Below, one piece after another: positions 45,655 through 58,790 of a DNA stretch of 64,000 bases. The first letter of the stretch is position 1, and each line of letters opens with the position of its first letter. The notes beneath the pieces were generated by a model. The model was not told where the DNA came from. It did not search any database and was given only the letters and a program-made list of their open reading frames with translations. A program made the position numbers and the translations under genes. Origin of the DNA: Bilabrum cf. latius. Its lineage: Eukaryota. The stretch lies in the NCBI GenBank assembly GCA_965178125.1, contig OZ237744.1, forward strand, positions 496,001 through 560,000, given 5' to 3'.

Positions 45655-48075
45655 TCACGCTTGCACACCGCCGGTGATGTCAAGGTTCCTCAAGGTTGCA
45701 ACGAACGCCTGCACTTCCTCTGGCCAGTGCTCCTCGGGGCGAACGGAGCAGACCGTCCCACTAGTAGTACCAAGCGGCCGGGCTATATCACCGGCTGCGG
45801 AGGCCTCCGGCGACGCTGTTACAGTCGCAGCAGATTGGCTGGAGGCAGCAACCTTCTCGAGAATCCTACTCGACTCGGATCTAAACCGCGCCGCGTATAC
45901 GGCTGCGGAGGCGGTCGCCTCTTCCGTGTGAAGCTGATCGACTAGCCTAGCACCTGACGTGAATCCTCCCGACGCCCAGGTTTTCAAAGAGGCAGGCACC
46001 AACGGCGCAGCGGCGGGATCTGCACGAGCCACGTCAGAGCCAGACTGGGAGCCAGAACGACTCTCTGTGTCGGCCGAACAACGCACCGAATCCGCGTCAA
46101 GCCTCCTTGCGGCAGCAAGCCAGGTATCGACCCACCACGGCGAGGGAGCTCGGAACGTGGCCCCATTCACGGTGTACTCGAGGGAGTGCAGGCACAGCCC
46201 TGCTGGTAGCAGCATGGTTGGCTGCGGATGTAGACGAAAAATGGGCCAATGGAAACGGTCCAAATCGCGGTTCGACCTACTCGATTGTGGATAAGACATC
46301 TGGCAGTGGTGCAAGGCGGGGGGAGAGCAGCTCACGTGTTCACCGGCTGTTCGGGTGTTCGCGGTCGACTCGGCCTATCTGCGATTTGCCATGACATCAA
46401 GCTCATCGAGCGGCCCTGGCATAGGGAGATACGCGATGTCACCGACAATGGGGTGCCCCAGCACCGCGAGGTGCGCCCTAATCTGGTGGATCCGTCCGGA
46501 CTTCGGCCTGCACGCAACGAGTGTGCAATCGGAAATCGGGTCGTATCGAATGGGCAAAAAGTACGTGCAGCATTCTTTTCCAGCGTGCGAGGCCACCACG
46601 GCCGAGAAACCACCCCGGACATGATGCAATGGGACGTTCACCCTAAGAGCACGGCGACCAGAAGGCAGGGTAGGCAGCACGGTTGTGCTGTCGTCTCCCC
46701 TGCCAGCTACTGGACCATCATCCGCATCGGCTGCAGCGGGTCTGTCATCAACCAAAACAGTGGAAATGTGATCGCTCCAGTCCTCCGAGGGATCGAGCGT
46801 TCCAGGTCCCTCGCCGTCCTCTGCCGCTGCAGCAGCCAGTGCAGGTTTTATGACTGGGTCTGGGTCTACTGCCGCGGCACAGGTAGCTGAAGCTCCACCA
46901 CAACCTGCAGATGCGGCGCGTTGCTCGTGCTTTACCTCGACTGCACGCCTCACCGCGCGAGCCCCACGGCTTAGCCGTCCTCTACCTATCCTAATTGCAT
47001 CCCCCAGCGGAGTAGAGGCGAGGCATTCTGCCGCCTCTGACCCAAGTGAGCGCAGGGCCATGAGCCACAACGGGGGCACTTCCCACTGGTCGCCTTGCTT
47101 TGCAACTTGAGGGGAAGCTGCGCCAGCTCGGCCTAGAGGTGCTTCATCCCCAACTGCAGCACGGCCTAGAGGATCGCCAGGGGGGGTGCTACCAGCGTCA
47201 GCACCTGCGTGACGACGGCTGTGCAGGAGGGTCACCAGTGGGATGTCTGGCCGCTGCTTGACAAGGGCTGCTCGGGAAATACGCTCCGCCCGGGTCTCCT
47301 TTTCGGCACCCTCCGGTGAATGTGTGGAGTTTACTTCTGGGTCGGACACTGCTGGCCTGCTATGGGTTTGTGTCTGCTGTGCTTGCCTCAGGCTGGGCTT
47401 GGCAGATCCTTGTCGCCGGGCAAGCTTTGCTACCGTCGCGATTAAGTCTCCGTAGGCGAGGGCCAGGTACATCTTTTCCGTTGAACTCGATGATATCTAT
47501 GCCTAGATTTCTTTTGCAGCCGAGGAGGACCGCGCAGCCAAAAATACTCCACTAGTTGCCAAGTCAATCCGGTTTGCGGGCCGAAGCCCTCGTAGCCTAG
47601 CATCACACAGCCCCGCAATTTCTAGCGCAGATAGCCTTCCATACTTTCCGCAGCTATGTACCGGCATCATACTTGGTTTTGTTAGTGCAACCACGTCTTT
47701 AGAGCCTCCTACGACCTGCAACATTGGTCTCGATCTTGCCATTGGCTCCCTCCGCCGAACAGTATGTCCTACCCTATCTCCGGCCTTCAAGACATCGGAA
47801 CCGTCGGTTCTAATACCGTTTATTGTAAGAGCTCCAGATACGGCATCAGAAGTCACTGATGCACGCGAGCAGCTTCGAAACTCAGCCTCCCATGCATCCA
47901 CAAGGCTTCTGCCTGCCATTCTAGCCTTCACTTTCGTAGTAAAGGTCGTCTCGTACGGTTTTACAGTGAGAATGCCACAGTACTCACTGAATGTGGAGGG
48001 GAACTTTGCGCTCATGACTTCGAATGGGGTGCAGGAGCTGTCCCGTTCCTCAACAGTTGCAGCTCCGGACGGCAA
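45655..48075 (-). CDS. RluA-family pseudouridine synthase (RPUSD2/Pus8/Pus9-like); 5' end uncertain, probably with an exon up to ~48400
   Basis: S4-like region, KPSMMPVH, catalytic NRIDLATSG, EKMYLA, GRIHQIRAHLAVLGHPIVGD and LCLHS. Fragments are joined by TAGs at 47503, 47497 and 46375; ends at TGA 45655. Confidence 0.88.
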
Positions 48076-48512
48076 AGAGCAACGGGCGGCAAAACGTTGC
48101 TTGTACTCTCGTAAGCATGAAGATACTCGGACTTGTCCCTTCGAGCGTACTTGATCGTAGAATATCTCGCATCACTACGTCAAGGCGGCGCCCGTTGGCC
48201 CTTCGAATCGATGTCTGGGTGGCAGCAAGCGCAGCGTGCGCACATTGGTTCACGGGGTTCGGACTGGGTACCGATGGTTCGAGTATTGGTACAGCCGTGG
48301 CTGTAGGGTTTATAGTTCTGCTTTGCTCTTCGTTGCTGCGGTCTTGGTCAAGCGAAGCAGATATGGCGATCGCTTGGACCTAGGCTTCAGTCCGATCGAG
48401 CACGCACGTATTGATTGAGCCTCATCCAGGCCACGGGGTTTCAGCAATTAGAGAACTGCAGCAATTTAACTTTAATAGTCTTACCTACTGGCCGGTTGAA
48501 CTTGGGATATCT

Positions 48513-51500
48513 ATGGTCAGGTTTCTTTCCGGCAGCTTGATCGACGAGCTCCTAGCAGGATTCGAATCTTGTTCGGCTACGCGCGACTTGCGGCTGGGCA
48601 CATTGCCCAGCCTCGCTTCAGTTCGGAACGGTGCACTCACGTGGCATGAAGGCACTGTGTTTGTTGGTGCGAGCTACGAAGGGGGTCGCTTGGTGTTTTG
48701 CAGACCGCAGGAACGGGACGCTCGGGTGATCGAAGTCGAGGCGGTCGGCTTCCCAGCCTAGCGCCCGCTGCACTGGTACGTTGATCACGCCACAGGATTG
48801 CCAAGTTAGCGCATGCAAGTGCAAGGATAGAACTCCGTTGAGGTTGCCGGTAAGCACCTGCTGCACAAGCTGGTGGCGGGGCTCTCCCAGCCTACAGTGG
48901 TAGCATCCGCGGTGTCGTCCTACTTGATCTCCTGGCTGGCAAAGTCAGGGTACTTCCAACAGGGCCAGGGTACAAGAGAGCAGGCATCGTTGGGTGACGC
49001 TGACATGCTGCTCTTCATGACTATCGCACTCCAGGTGCTTCAGGTGCTGCAGGAGCACTCCAACGAGTCATCACGCAAGTCGCTTGCTGCTGGCGATCAG
49101 CAGGTGTGCGTGTGGAGGCAGTCCGAACCGGGAGAAGACGGAGACTGGGATTGGATCTCATCTCGAGATGTCTGTCAGGGAGACTTGATTGCCCTTTGGG
49201 GCACCGGCTCCCAGCCGGTGGGAGCAGCGGCCGGGCAATCCGAGCCGCAGGCCCGAACAGGCCGGGGTGCCAACAGGCAAGCGGTGGCTGCCGACGTATT
49301 GCTGCTCCGCGGGTCGGTATCTGTAGATGAAGCCATACTGACGGGAGAGTCCGTGCCCGTGCACAAGGAGGCGCCAGGGATGGACTCGCCGCTGCACGGC
49401 AACTCATCGGGGCAGCACGCAGAGGACGTGGGGGTGGACGAAGCGGGCGCAAAGGACCGGTGGGTCCGCAAAGAGAACGCAAGTCACATTGTGTTCGCTG
49501 GGACCACCATTCTCGCGCATGCTAGCGGCAGCAACATCGATGACGATGACACGGACGACGACGAGGCGGAAGAGGCCGAACTGGCTGCATCAACGAGCAT
49601 CGGTGCGAGTCAGCTCCTTGCCCACAGGCGCGCAATGGAAGCACTCTCTCGGATTCCTGTGCCTCCTGGGCACGGTGCAACCGGTTTCGTTTTGCGCACT
49701 GGATTTCGAACCGAGGTAGGAGCGCTTCAGCAAGCTTCGATGTCGGGAGGGGGTAAGGCCAGCGAGCTTGAGGCACAAGAGCTCAGCCAATATTTCGGGC
49801 TCGTTGCAGCCGGCCGCGTCTCTATCATCGCTGCATACCTGGCGTATACCGCAGCCGCTGCATTTGGCCTTTGGCAATCAGGCCCATCAGCGAGTAATGG
49901 TGATTCTGTGGTGTGGAGCGAGTCATAGGCGGTCGTGGTCGTCCTGCTTGCTTGGGTCCTTCCCATGATGGTGCCAACCCAGCTGGAACAGGCAAGGGGC
50001 GCTGCAGTCATCCAGCTGAAAAATTCCGCTGTCGAGGCGCTTGAGCCGCACAAACTGAGAGAAGCCGCCGCGATTGACACGGTTTGCTTCGATAAGACAG
50101 GCACGCTGACCCAGCCTGATGTGATCTACCTCGGCTCTCGATGCGCTAGCCGGGGAAGCGTGGCGCAGGAGCTGGGAAGGATCGCGAGACAGAGCCAGCG
50201 ATTCGAAGATCTAGCAACGAGCGGTACCGAGAGCGGCTCTGAAACGAGCTAGACCGGCGGTGGCATGGGAGGCCCAAACGAAGGGGAGGTGGAGATCGAG
50301 ATCGAGCTGGAGGGTGCAGACCAGATGGACTGGCACGCAGCGAAGATCGTCGCGGCATGTCACAGCCTGGTGATCAGGTCCGTGGATGGGTAGCTGCCTG
50401 TGGACGTCGATCCAGAGGATACGAGTGCAGGCCAGCGTGGTGCAGTGGCGACCAAGAGCGGGTCCACAGAGCTAGAAGCTGCTGCATCCGGAAGCGGGCT
50501 GGACGGTGACCCCATGGAGAAAGCCGCCTTTGAGACACTGGGGTGGGTGCTCGAGCAAGATCCAGCCACTGGATTGACTGTCATGCGGGGCCCAGAAGCC
50601 GCCAGGCAGAGAATGGCACTGCTGCAGCAAGGACCAGGGGCCACCCAGCTCCACGTAGATGGCAATGACGACCAGCCCGAGCCTCCCAGCACGCCGGTTC
50701 GCCGATCTTCCAACAGAGCGAGCTCTCGCGGTGCACGGGATCAAACTCCTCGAGCCAGCTCCAGAAGCGCTCGAAGCTCGCGCCGCATGTCACGGGGACG
50801 TTCTGTTCAGCAACCGCCGCAGACGCCACAGACCGCGGCCACCCAGTCGGCACCTGGCAGCGCGTCGTTTTCAGCAGCCAACACACCGTCCATGTATTTG
50901 CCCCGACGCAGCAGCAGGAAGTCATTGGGTGGCAGGTCCTCTGGCAAGCTGCGCCGCATCGAGGACTATTCAGCCACGATCTTGAGGCGCTGGCCGGTAG
51001 GCGATGGGAGGATGTGGATGATGACCCTGGTGTGCTTTACGCAATTTGGCAGGACCAGGCACGCGATTCAGAGCCCTTTTGGATCCTCTATGCAGGGGCT
51101 TGACGTGCTCGTGAAAGGAGCACCCGAGGCAGTCCGCGGCATGCTGCGTAAAGTCCCTGCCTGGTACGATAGAGCGCACCAGGCGCTCGCTAGCTAGGGC
51201 AAGCGGGTGCTTGCGATGGCACGGCGTGAGGTGTCCACCGCGCAGATCCGGAAGTATCTGTCTGCGAAGCGCAAGCACAGGCTCCAGCAGGCCGCATCCA
51301 GTCGCTCCGGGCTGGATGCGACCAAGGTACGCTTCCAGTGCTACCGCAGCGCGTCTAGGTTCATGTCTCGAGAAGAGCTGGCAACAAACCTGGAGCCCGT
51401 GGGGTTCTTGGTATTCAACACGCCCCTCAAGGCAGACGTGCCTCCGACTATCGAGCACTTGCGGCAGTGCAACATGAAGTGTGCTATGGTGACTGGCGAC

Positions 51501-53276
51501 CACCCGCTGACTGCTGCTGTTAAGGCAATCGAGAGCAGCATCGTCCGCCCCGGGCCTGCCTGTGACGTGAACGTGATGGTCCTGGAGGCGGTGCCACAGG
51601 CTAGCACTATTCCCAGCAGCGGTGACAACGGCTCTCCGAGTTAGGCAACGCCACGCATGCGACGATCACGGAATGGTGGAGCACCGCGCTCGAGCACCTC
51701 TGCTGCGCGCGGCAGTCAGGGTCAGCGTGCTTCCTCTCGCTCTCGCGGGCGGCCCGAGGGCGTGGCGCAGGGAACACAAGCTGCCGCGTCGGCGGGCATT
51801 CGATGGTCCTGTCACCCGCTTGGCGGAAGCAGCAGCTCTGTGCACCAGCATGAGCAGCTGCCTTGCACTGCTGATAGTCTGCTCGAGGCAGCCGAGCAAG
51901 CTGCTGACCGTGCTTCGCGGGGCGACGTCGTCTGCGTGACTGGTTCCGCGATTCATCATGCGATCAATGAGGCAGCTCGGGAGCAGCGGGGCTGGAACCA
52001 TAGAAGGCCGAGAGCTGCAGGCATCGGGAGACAGAGGCGCGCAATGGGCGACACGAGCTGGAGTCCCGATGCAGGTCCCTGGTCGCAAGCTATCGGAAGG
52101 CTCTGCCAGACCACACCCGTATTCGCGCGTGTGTCGCCGCAGGAGAAGGAGGCAATTGTCAGGGTGCTGCGAGGTCTTGGAAGGAGGGTAGCGTACTGCG
52201 GGGACGGGACCAACGACGTGGGTGCGCTGGTCGCCGCAGATGTCGGGTTAGGTGTCATGGCAGACCTGAAGGATCGCAACGACCAGTCAGGTGCTAGCCG
52301 GCCGAATCCGTACAAGAGCCCAAGGTTCGCGCAGATGGCACTCGCGGCTCTGTGGCGGAGTGTGGTGTGGGGGGCGGGGCAAGACAGTCCGTACATCAAA
52401 AAGCTGCTGCTCCGCTGCACGGCACTTGAGGCTAGCACGCTTCGAGCCGAGCTTCGAGCCTCTTGGGGCACGCGCCTGTCGCAGTCTCTCGCCATTCAGA
52501 CAAGGCTGCAAGAAGTGAAGCACAACATGCTACAGTACGCGGATGCAAGCGGTGCGTCCTCAGGCCAGGGCGTGTCCTAGGCGGCGCCTTTCGTGTCCAA
52601 GCAGCCCGGCATTCGTGGACTGGTGTCGCTTCTAGAGTGCGGCAGGCTCGCTCAAGGAATGGCGCAGCAGCAGCTGGCCTTCTCCACTGTGCTGGGCTTG
52701 CTGCCGACCGTAGTGGCGTGCGCAGGATTCATCGCTGGTGCGGAAATCACGACCCAGAGCTAGATGCCGCTGGTGGGATGCATTTTCCTGAGCGTTCTCC
52801 TGGGTGGTCCCATGCTCGGGCCAAGCCTGGCTGAGCTGGGGCCCGGCCGGCCTTCACGGGTTGCTGCGGGAGGCCAGTCCATTGTGGTGTCGGTGGGCAT
52901 CGTGGCTATTGGCGGCATGGCGGCGATTCTCTTTGCGCTGGGCAGCAGCTTGGGGCAGAGCCAAATCGCCGACTGCCTCTCCTACATGCTCGTCACGCAG
53001 TTGCTCCAAGCGCTCGCCCTGACGAGCGCTGGCTCGCCTTCCGTCGAGTCGCCTTGGAGGGATACCGCTGCCGGTACGATCGTTGGATTTGCCTTGCTGC
53101 TATCGAGTGCCAGGGCATTCGCAACGATGGGGTGGCTGCCTGGCTTCTTAGAATCGCTCGTGGGATTCGCGTCGGTCGGGGTATCTGCGTCGTCGGAGCA
53201 GCTGCTTGCCGTCTCTAGCGTTGGAGGGTGGATCGGATGCCTTTTTTGGTCCGTTCTAGTTCAGGCGTTGTACTAA
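48513..53276 (+). CDS. P5-type P-type ATPase, divergent, with low-complexity insertions
   Basis: VDEAILTGES, RTGF, CFDKTGTLT, ACHSL, GDPMEKA, KGAPE, MVTGDHPLTA, FARVSPQEK, CGDGTNDVGAL and AAPF all lie in one frame broken only by ~10 TAGs; ends at TAA. Confidence 0.92.
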
Positions 53277-53443
53277 ACGCCAAGGAAATACTGAATTGTT
53301 ACCCCACATGTTGTTCGATCGTGCTGCGATGCTCGATACCTTCATGCACGTTCGTTCGCGAACGTCACTCATCACACAGCTCTCCAGCAAGCAGCTCGAG
53401 TGGAGCCGTGGACGACACTATTTCCTCTGGGTAGCACATCAGC

Positions 53444-56400
53444 ATGGCTGCTTCCGGCGGATCCAAAGAGAATCAATTTGATTATTCTAGTGCTATCAGA
53501 TCCGTAAGGTGTATTGAAGATCAAGTGTGTCAAATGGACCTAGCACCGCGTCGTTCTCAAGCTTTGATTCTGCCGTCAAGTCGACTTTAGCGCAGTCTGG
53601 TGGAATAGAGGTGCCAGCGAGCGATGAAAGCCGAGAATATGCATCTAAGGTACTTTCAAATGGAATGACTGTACTTGTTGTGTCTGATCCCCTGGCTGTT
53701 CGTGCCGCGGCGGCTGTTTCAGTTCGGGCTGGCTCGTACGATGAGCCGCAATAGATCCCTGGACTAGCGCACTTTTTGGAGCACATGTGCTTCATGGGAT
53801 CTGATAAGGTAAGTTTACGATTGAGGCGGGTAGTTCATGTGTTTGTGCCCTGTGGTCATTCTCGCCGGGCAAGCCATGCGTAGTTGCTCCGCGTGTGTTC
53901 ATTTCGCAGTACCCCGACGAAGAGGGCTGGCACAAATGGATCGCAGCCAATGGAGGCATGAGCAATGCGTTTACAGCCGCAGAAGAGACCCGGTACTTTT
54001 TCGAAGTGAAGGCTACCCAGCTTGAAGAGGCCCTGGACCGATTCGCAGGATTCTTCACGTCTCCTCTTCTCAAAGAGGACGGGGCGGCGCGGGAGCTTCT
54101 CGCGGTCGATTCGGAGCACGCAAAGAACAAACAGTCTGACATGTGGCGAGAGATGCAGCTGGATCGGTCCACCTCTGATCCGAAGCACGTGCACAACCGC
54201 TTCGCCACTGGCGACAGCAAGACTCTTCGGGACCTACCGGTGCAAGAGGGCGTGGACGTGCGGAAGGCTCTGCTGGAGTATCACCAGCGCAACTACCATG
54301 CCGGCAGAATGTACGCGGTCGTGGTGGGCACGGAGCCCACCGATCGCCTCCTCGACATGGCCTCCAGGCTGTTCGAGGCCGTCAAGAAGGAGGGGGAGGA
54401 GAAGACCGTGTACCCCTCCGATCCTTACGGGCCGGAGCGTACTGGCATAGTGCAGTACATGCTGCCGCTGCAGGAGACTCGCAGACTCAACCTCAAGTGG
54501 GCGCTTCCCCCAGCCAAGAAGCACTGGAGGTCGAAGCCGCTCAGCCTGCTCAGCCACCTCATCGGTCACGAGACCAAGGGGTCTGTGGCGAACTACCTGA
54601 GGGAGAAAGGGTGGTCTGTGGGTCTCATGTGCGGGCAACTAGACAGCGCGGAGAGCCTCTCCTCCTTCGGGGTAATCATCGACGTGAGACTTGTGCGCCG
54701 AAGCAGACGCGTCGTCGCTGCGCTGTGCATTGCGTATCTCTCTATGTCGTTTGGCGACCGAGTGCATACTAAGTGTGCCCTTCTATTCAATATCATCCAT
54801 TTATCGCAGTTGTCGGAGGACGGCTTAGTGCACTGGAAGGAGTGTGCCGCCGCAGTCTTCGCCTACGTGCGCATGCTGCTTCGCGAGGGTCCCCAGAAGT
54901 GGGTCTTTGATGAGGTGGCCGCTGTGAACGCCATGCAGGTCAGGTACAAGTCGAAGCAAGGCGCGTCCAGCTACGCCGCTAGCCTAGCGGGCAAGCTCAA
55001 GTTCTACCCGCCGGAGAAATGCGTGACCCACGACACCCTCCTCTCCGAGTGGGACCCGGACACGTACACCGACTACCTGTCCAGGCTCACCCCGGAGAGC
55101 TGCAGGATCAGGATCCAGGCCCAGGAGGTGGACAACAAGTGCACAGAGGAGGAGCGCTGGTACGGGACCAAGTACGGGCAGCGGGCCTACTCGGACGACG
55201 AGAAGGCCGCATTCTCGACCGACACTGAGGAGCTTGTTGCCGAGCTCGCGCTGCCCGCGCCGAATCGCTACATTGCCACGGATTTCACGCTGAGGTGCGA
55301 CGAGGAGCCAGGCATGCAGCGAGAGAGGAAGGAACTTGAGGCTGCCAGCAAGTCAGGGAAGGAAGCAGAAGGTGCAGACGAAAGCAAGGAGGAAGAGGGC
55401 AGCGGCAGCGATCCAGCCAGCGGGGCGGGCGCCGGAGCTGGTGCTGGCGGGGACAAGGACGATGCTGAGCCCAACATTTCATGTGATGGCGTGGCTCGAG
55501 TGGGTCGGCACCGCATGGTCGAGCCCAAGATCCTCTTTGACAACGACAGGGCCTTCATCCTGTACCACACCGATGGCTGGTTTGGCGAACCGCGCGTGGC
55601 CGTTGAGGCGCGCCTGTACTCTGCGAATGCCATGGCGACCACGCCAAGGGAGGCAGTGCTCGCTGACATCTTCGTCAAGCTGGCGGTGCACAAGCTGGAA
55701 GACAAGACATACGACGCCGAGCTCGCCAGGCTCAGCTTCAGCCTTTCCTCTCGCCCCGGCGGCCTGGCCTTCCAGCTGTACGGGTTCTCGCAGAAGGCGA
55801 AGCAGCTGCTGGATACCATCCTTTCGGAGCTGAAAACTATGAGCTTCACCGACGACGAATTCGAGAGGCAGCGCAAGCACTTCGAGCAGAAATGCTCTGC
55901 CTACGATTTCGCGCTGCCCATCCGCATCGCCATGTCCGAGGCGAGCGTGGCCACGCAGACAGGCCCCTGGTCCTCGCCCGATAAGCGCAGGGAGGCCGCA
56001 ACTCTGGAAGGGAGTGCCGGGGCGGAGCTGTGCAGGGACTGGGCCAAGCGCTTCTTCCAGCGGACCCACGTGAGAGCGTACGTGCACGGCAACGTCAACA
56101 AAGAAGAGGCTGCTGCCCTAGGAGAAGCTCTGGCCGCGCCCTTCGGCGGTATGCCGGGTGACGCTACCGGTGACGCTGCGGCTGGTGGCGCTGCATCAGC
56201 CGGATCAGAGCAGAGCCTTCCTGTGCTGGCCGAGCTCCTTCGCTCCCCGATCCTGCCTCGGTGCATCAGCCTTCCGCATGGCGCCTTCATTCGAATCAAG
56301 CACGGTTCGTTCAATGAGGGCGGTGAGGATAATGCAGCAGCTATCGTGTCGGTCTGCCTAGGCCCAGAGACGGACGAGGCAGCGGCCATCGCAAAGGTGC

Positions 56401-57251
56401 TGTCGCAGCTGATGTAGCCAGAGGCGTTCGGCATGTTGCGGACCAGGGAGAGCCTGGGCTACATCGTGCACACGTTCGACCAGTCGCTCTCCGAGGTGCA
56501 GTTCCTCACCGTCGCGGTGCAGAGCACCCGGCTGCAGAGCGTGCAGCTGGAGCGCCGCATCGAAGCTTTCCTGGACAAATTTGCCTCTCTGCTTGAGGGC
56601 AAGTCCGAAGAGGATGTCGCGCAAACCAGGGAGGCCTGCGTGAGCTCTGCCGTGGAGGAGCAGCGGAGCCTCTCGGGTGAAGCATCCGGCATTTTTGGCG
56701 AGATCGTGACTTTAGACCTGGGATTTGATAGGACCGCTCGCCAGGTGCGAGCCATGCGAGCCCTGGACAAGGCAGTGCTTGTGGAGCACTACAACAAGTA
56801 CGTGAGGCCTGGTGCCACGGCTCGCCGCGCCGTGTCTGTGCTCGTAGAGGCGGGCAAGCCGTAGGAGAACACGGCAGAGAAGACCCTCACCCATCAGGCA
56901 CCCCCTTGCGGCCCGATCCTTGCACCGCATGCCGTGCTTCCGTTCCTCGTTGCTGGGCAAGCAGTACCCGAGGACGTGGTGGCCGCCCCACTGCGCGCTG
57001 CCGAGGCTCCGCAGCCACTGCCTGAAATAGACGCTGTTGAGGATGAAGATAAGGATGGGGAACAAGGGGATGGCGGAGCAGCGGAAGCGCCCGAGCGCAC
57101 GCTCTGCAGCGAGGTGGGGCTCAAGTCGAGGTCTATGCCCATCGTGGAGATCGAGGGTGACCGCGAGCTGCTGCGGGCGTCGCTGCCCACAGAGCCGAGG
57201 TCCGCAGCTCTTCAGCTTGCTGCGTTCAGGGCAAAGCAGAAGACAGCTTGA
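53444..57251 (+). CDS. IDE: Insulysin/nardilysin-like M16A metallopeptidase (introns 53504-53595, 53809-53909, probable 54684-54809)
   Basis: GLAHFLEHMCFMGSDK|YPDE (inverted zincin HxxEH across an intron), GGMSNAFT, AVDSEH, LIGHE, ERWYGTKY and LRTRESLGYIV. TAGs at 53752, 56415 and 56862; ends at TGA. Confidence 0.93.
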
Positions 57252-57630
57252 ACTTTGACCCACACAGCATTATGACCGCCAGTTGGTGGTTGTGGGGCTC
57301 CTATGGGCCATGGAGAGAGCCGAAGGGGTGGAACTTCCGTGGAAGGTAGAGGCCGGGCAGAGGCCAAAACCGCTCACAACAACCCAGAATACCATATTGA
57401 CTCGGCGGTGTAGGCTGAGATTGGGGGGCCTTTGGCCTGAAAGGGTCGGGGGTCTTGTAGTCCTTGTTTGAGGACTCCTCTGGATTCAGGTGATCACTCG
57501 AACTCCTTCGGGGGCAACGGTGCATCTGGGTGCTTGTGGAATCTTTACCCAACAATGTATTTCTGTATTTTTCTGTATATTTCGATTTCTTAGCTTCAAC
57601 CCCGCTCAGCGCAATACAACCGGAACCGCC

Positions 57631-58474
57631 ATGGACAATCAATCTGCAATCATCAATAATGTTGGATCGTTAGTTGTAGTTGGGCTTTCGTTCGCTCTGC
57701 TGGTGCTCGTAGGCAAGAAGGTAGGACTACGGATCCATGCCTTGACTCGAATTCATGATCTTCCCATCATTCGATCCGTAAATGCGACCAAATTCTCTAC
57801 CGCAGGCTTCAGATCCAGGATAGTATAATTTCGCCAGCGTATGGCATCCTATCTTGATGACGATGGCGTTTGGTTTTTGCATGACAAATGCACTGATTTC
57901 TTACAAGGTGGATCTATGTGGATTCCTACCAACTCGCGGGAGCAGGAGAGGCATCCATGGCCTTCTGAATCTGTTTGCGTTTACCTGCAGCCTCGCTGGT
58001 GTTGGGCTGATGTACGCTTCGGGAGGCAGCCCAACGCTGACGGAAGGTCTGTACCCGAAGGACGGCTCGACGTACTCGCAAGCCCACGTCATTATTGGCT
58101 GGGGTGCTCTCATCGGCACGCTACTCGTATCATCCTTTGGCATGCTAAAGCTGGCTATTAAAAGCACTGGCGCAAATGATGGTGACGTGCTGCCCGGCGC
58201 GTTCATGCACGGCTTCTTCGGGCAGCTCGTGTGGGTGTTTGGAATGATCAACATCTGCATCGGGGCAAGCAAGCAGATGTGGGGCCTTCCCAACGGAGTC
58301 ATTGTCATGGCCGCGCTGCTGATCCCTACCGTCCTGGCAATGATCTACGTGGTGCCGACGTCCGTCCGTGCGGCTCCAGGCCAGCACGCCGACGCACCTC
58401 AAGCCGAGATCGCTGCAGAGTCACTCAACCCCGCCGCCTCGAGCTCCCTGCTGACGCCAGGGACGGGCAAGTGA
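57631..58474 (+). CDS. Cytochrome b561 domain membrane protein, 2 exons (intron 57721-57805)
   Basis: Four heme-ligand His in typical contexts (WHPILM, IHGLLN, AHVIIGW, MHGFFG) and multiple TM segments. One TAG at 57821; ends at TGA. Confidence 0.85.
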
Positions 58475-58790
58475 GGCATGGACGTACTTGCTAAGGGATG
58501 TGTCTGCGGTGTGCTGCTTGCCGTGCTCTCGTATGTGTACCTTGACCGCGCCCACGGGCGCGTGTTGGTTGGGACCGGCAACCTGTCTTCATCTTGCTTC
58601 TACCTGTGTCTTCTGTTGCTGCTTTTGCCGCCTGGGCAGACGTGCTGCGGGTGTACCGTGCTTCAAATGTGCTGTGCGCGCGCGTGTGTGCTTGAACAGC
58701 CCTCGGAGGCAGCCATTCTACTTCGCTGACTTCCGCACTCGTACACTCGCATATAGGCCTAGTTCGAATGAGGCGGAACACGGACCACAA

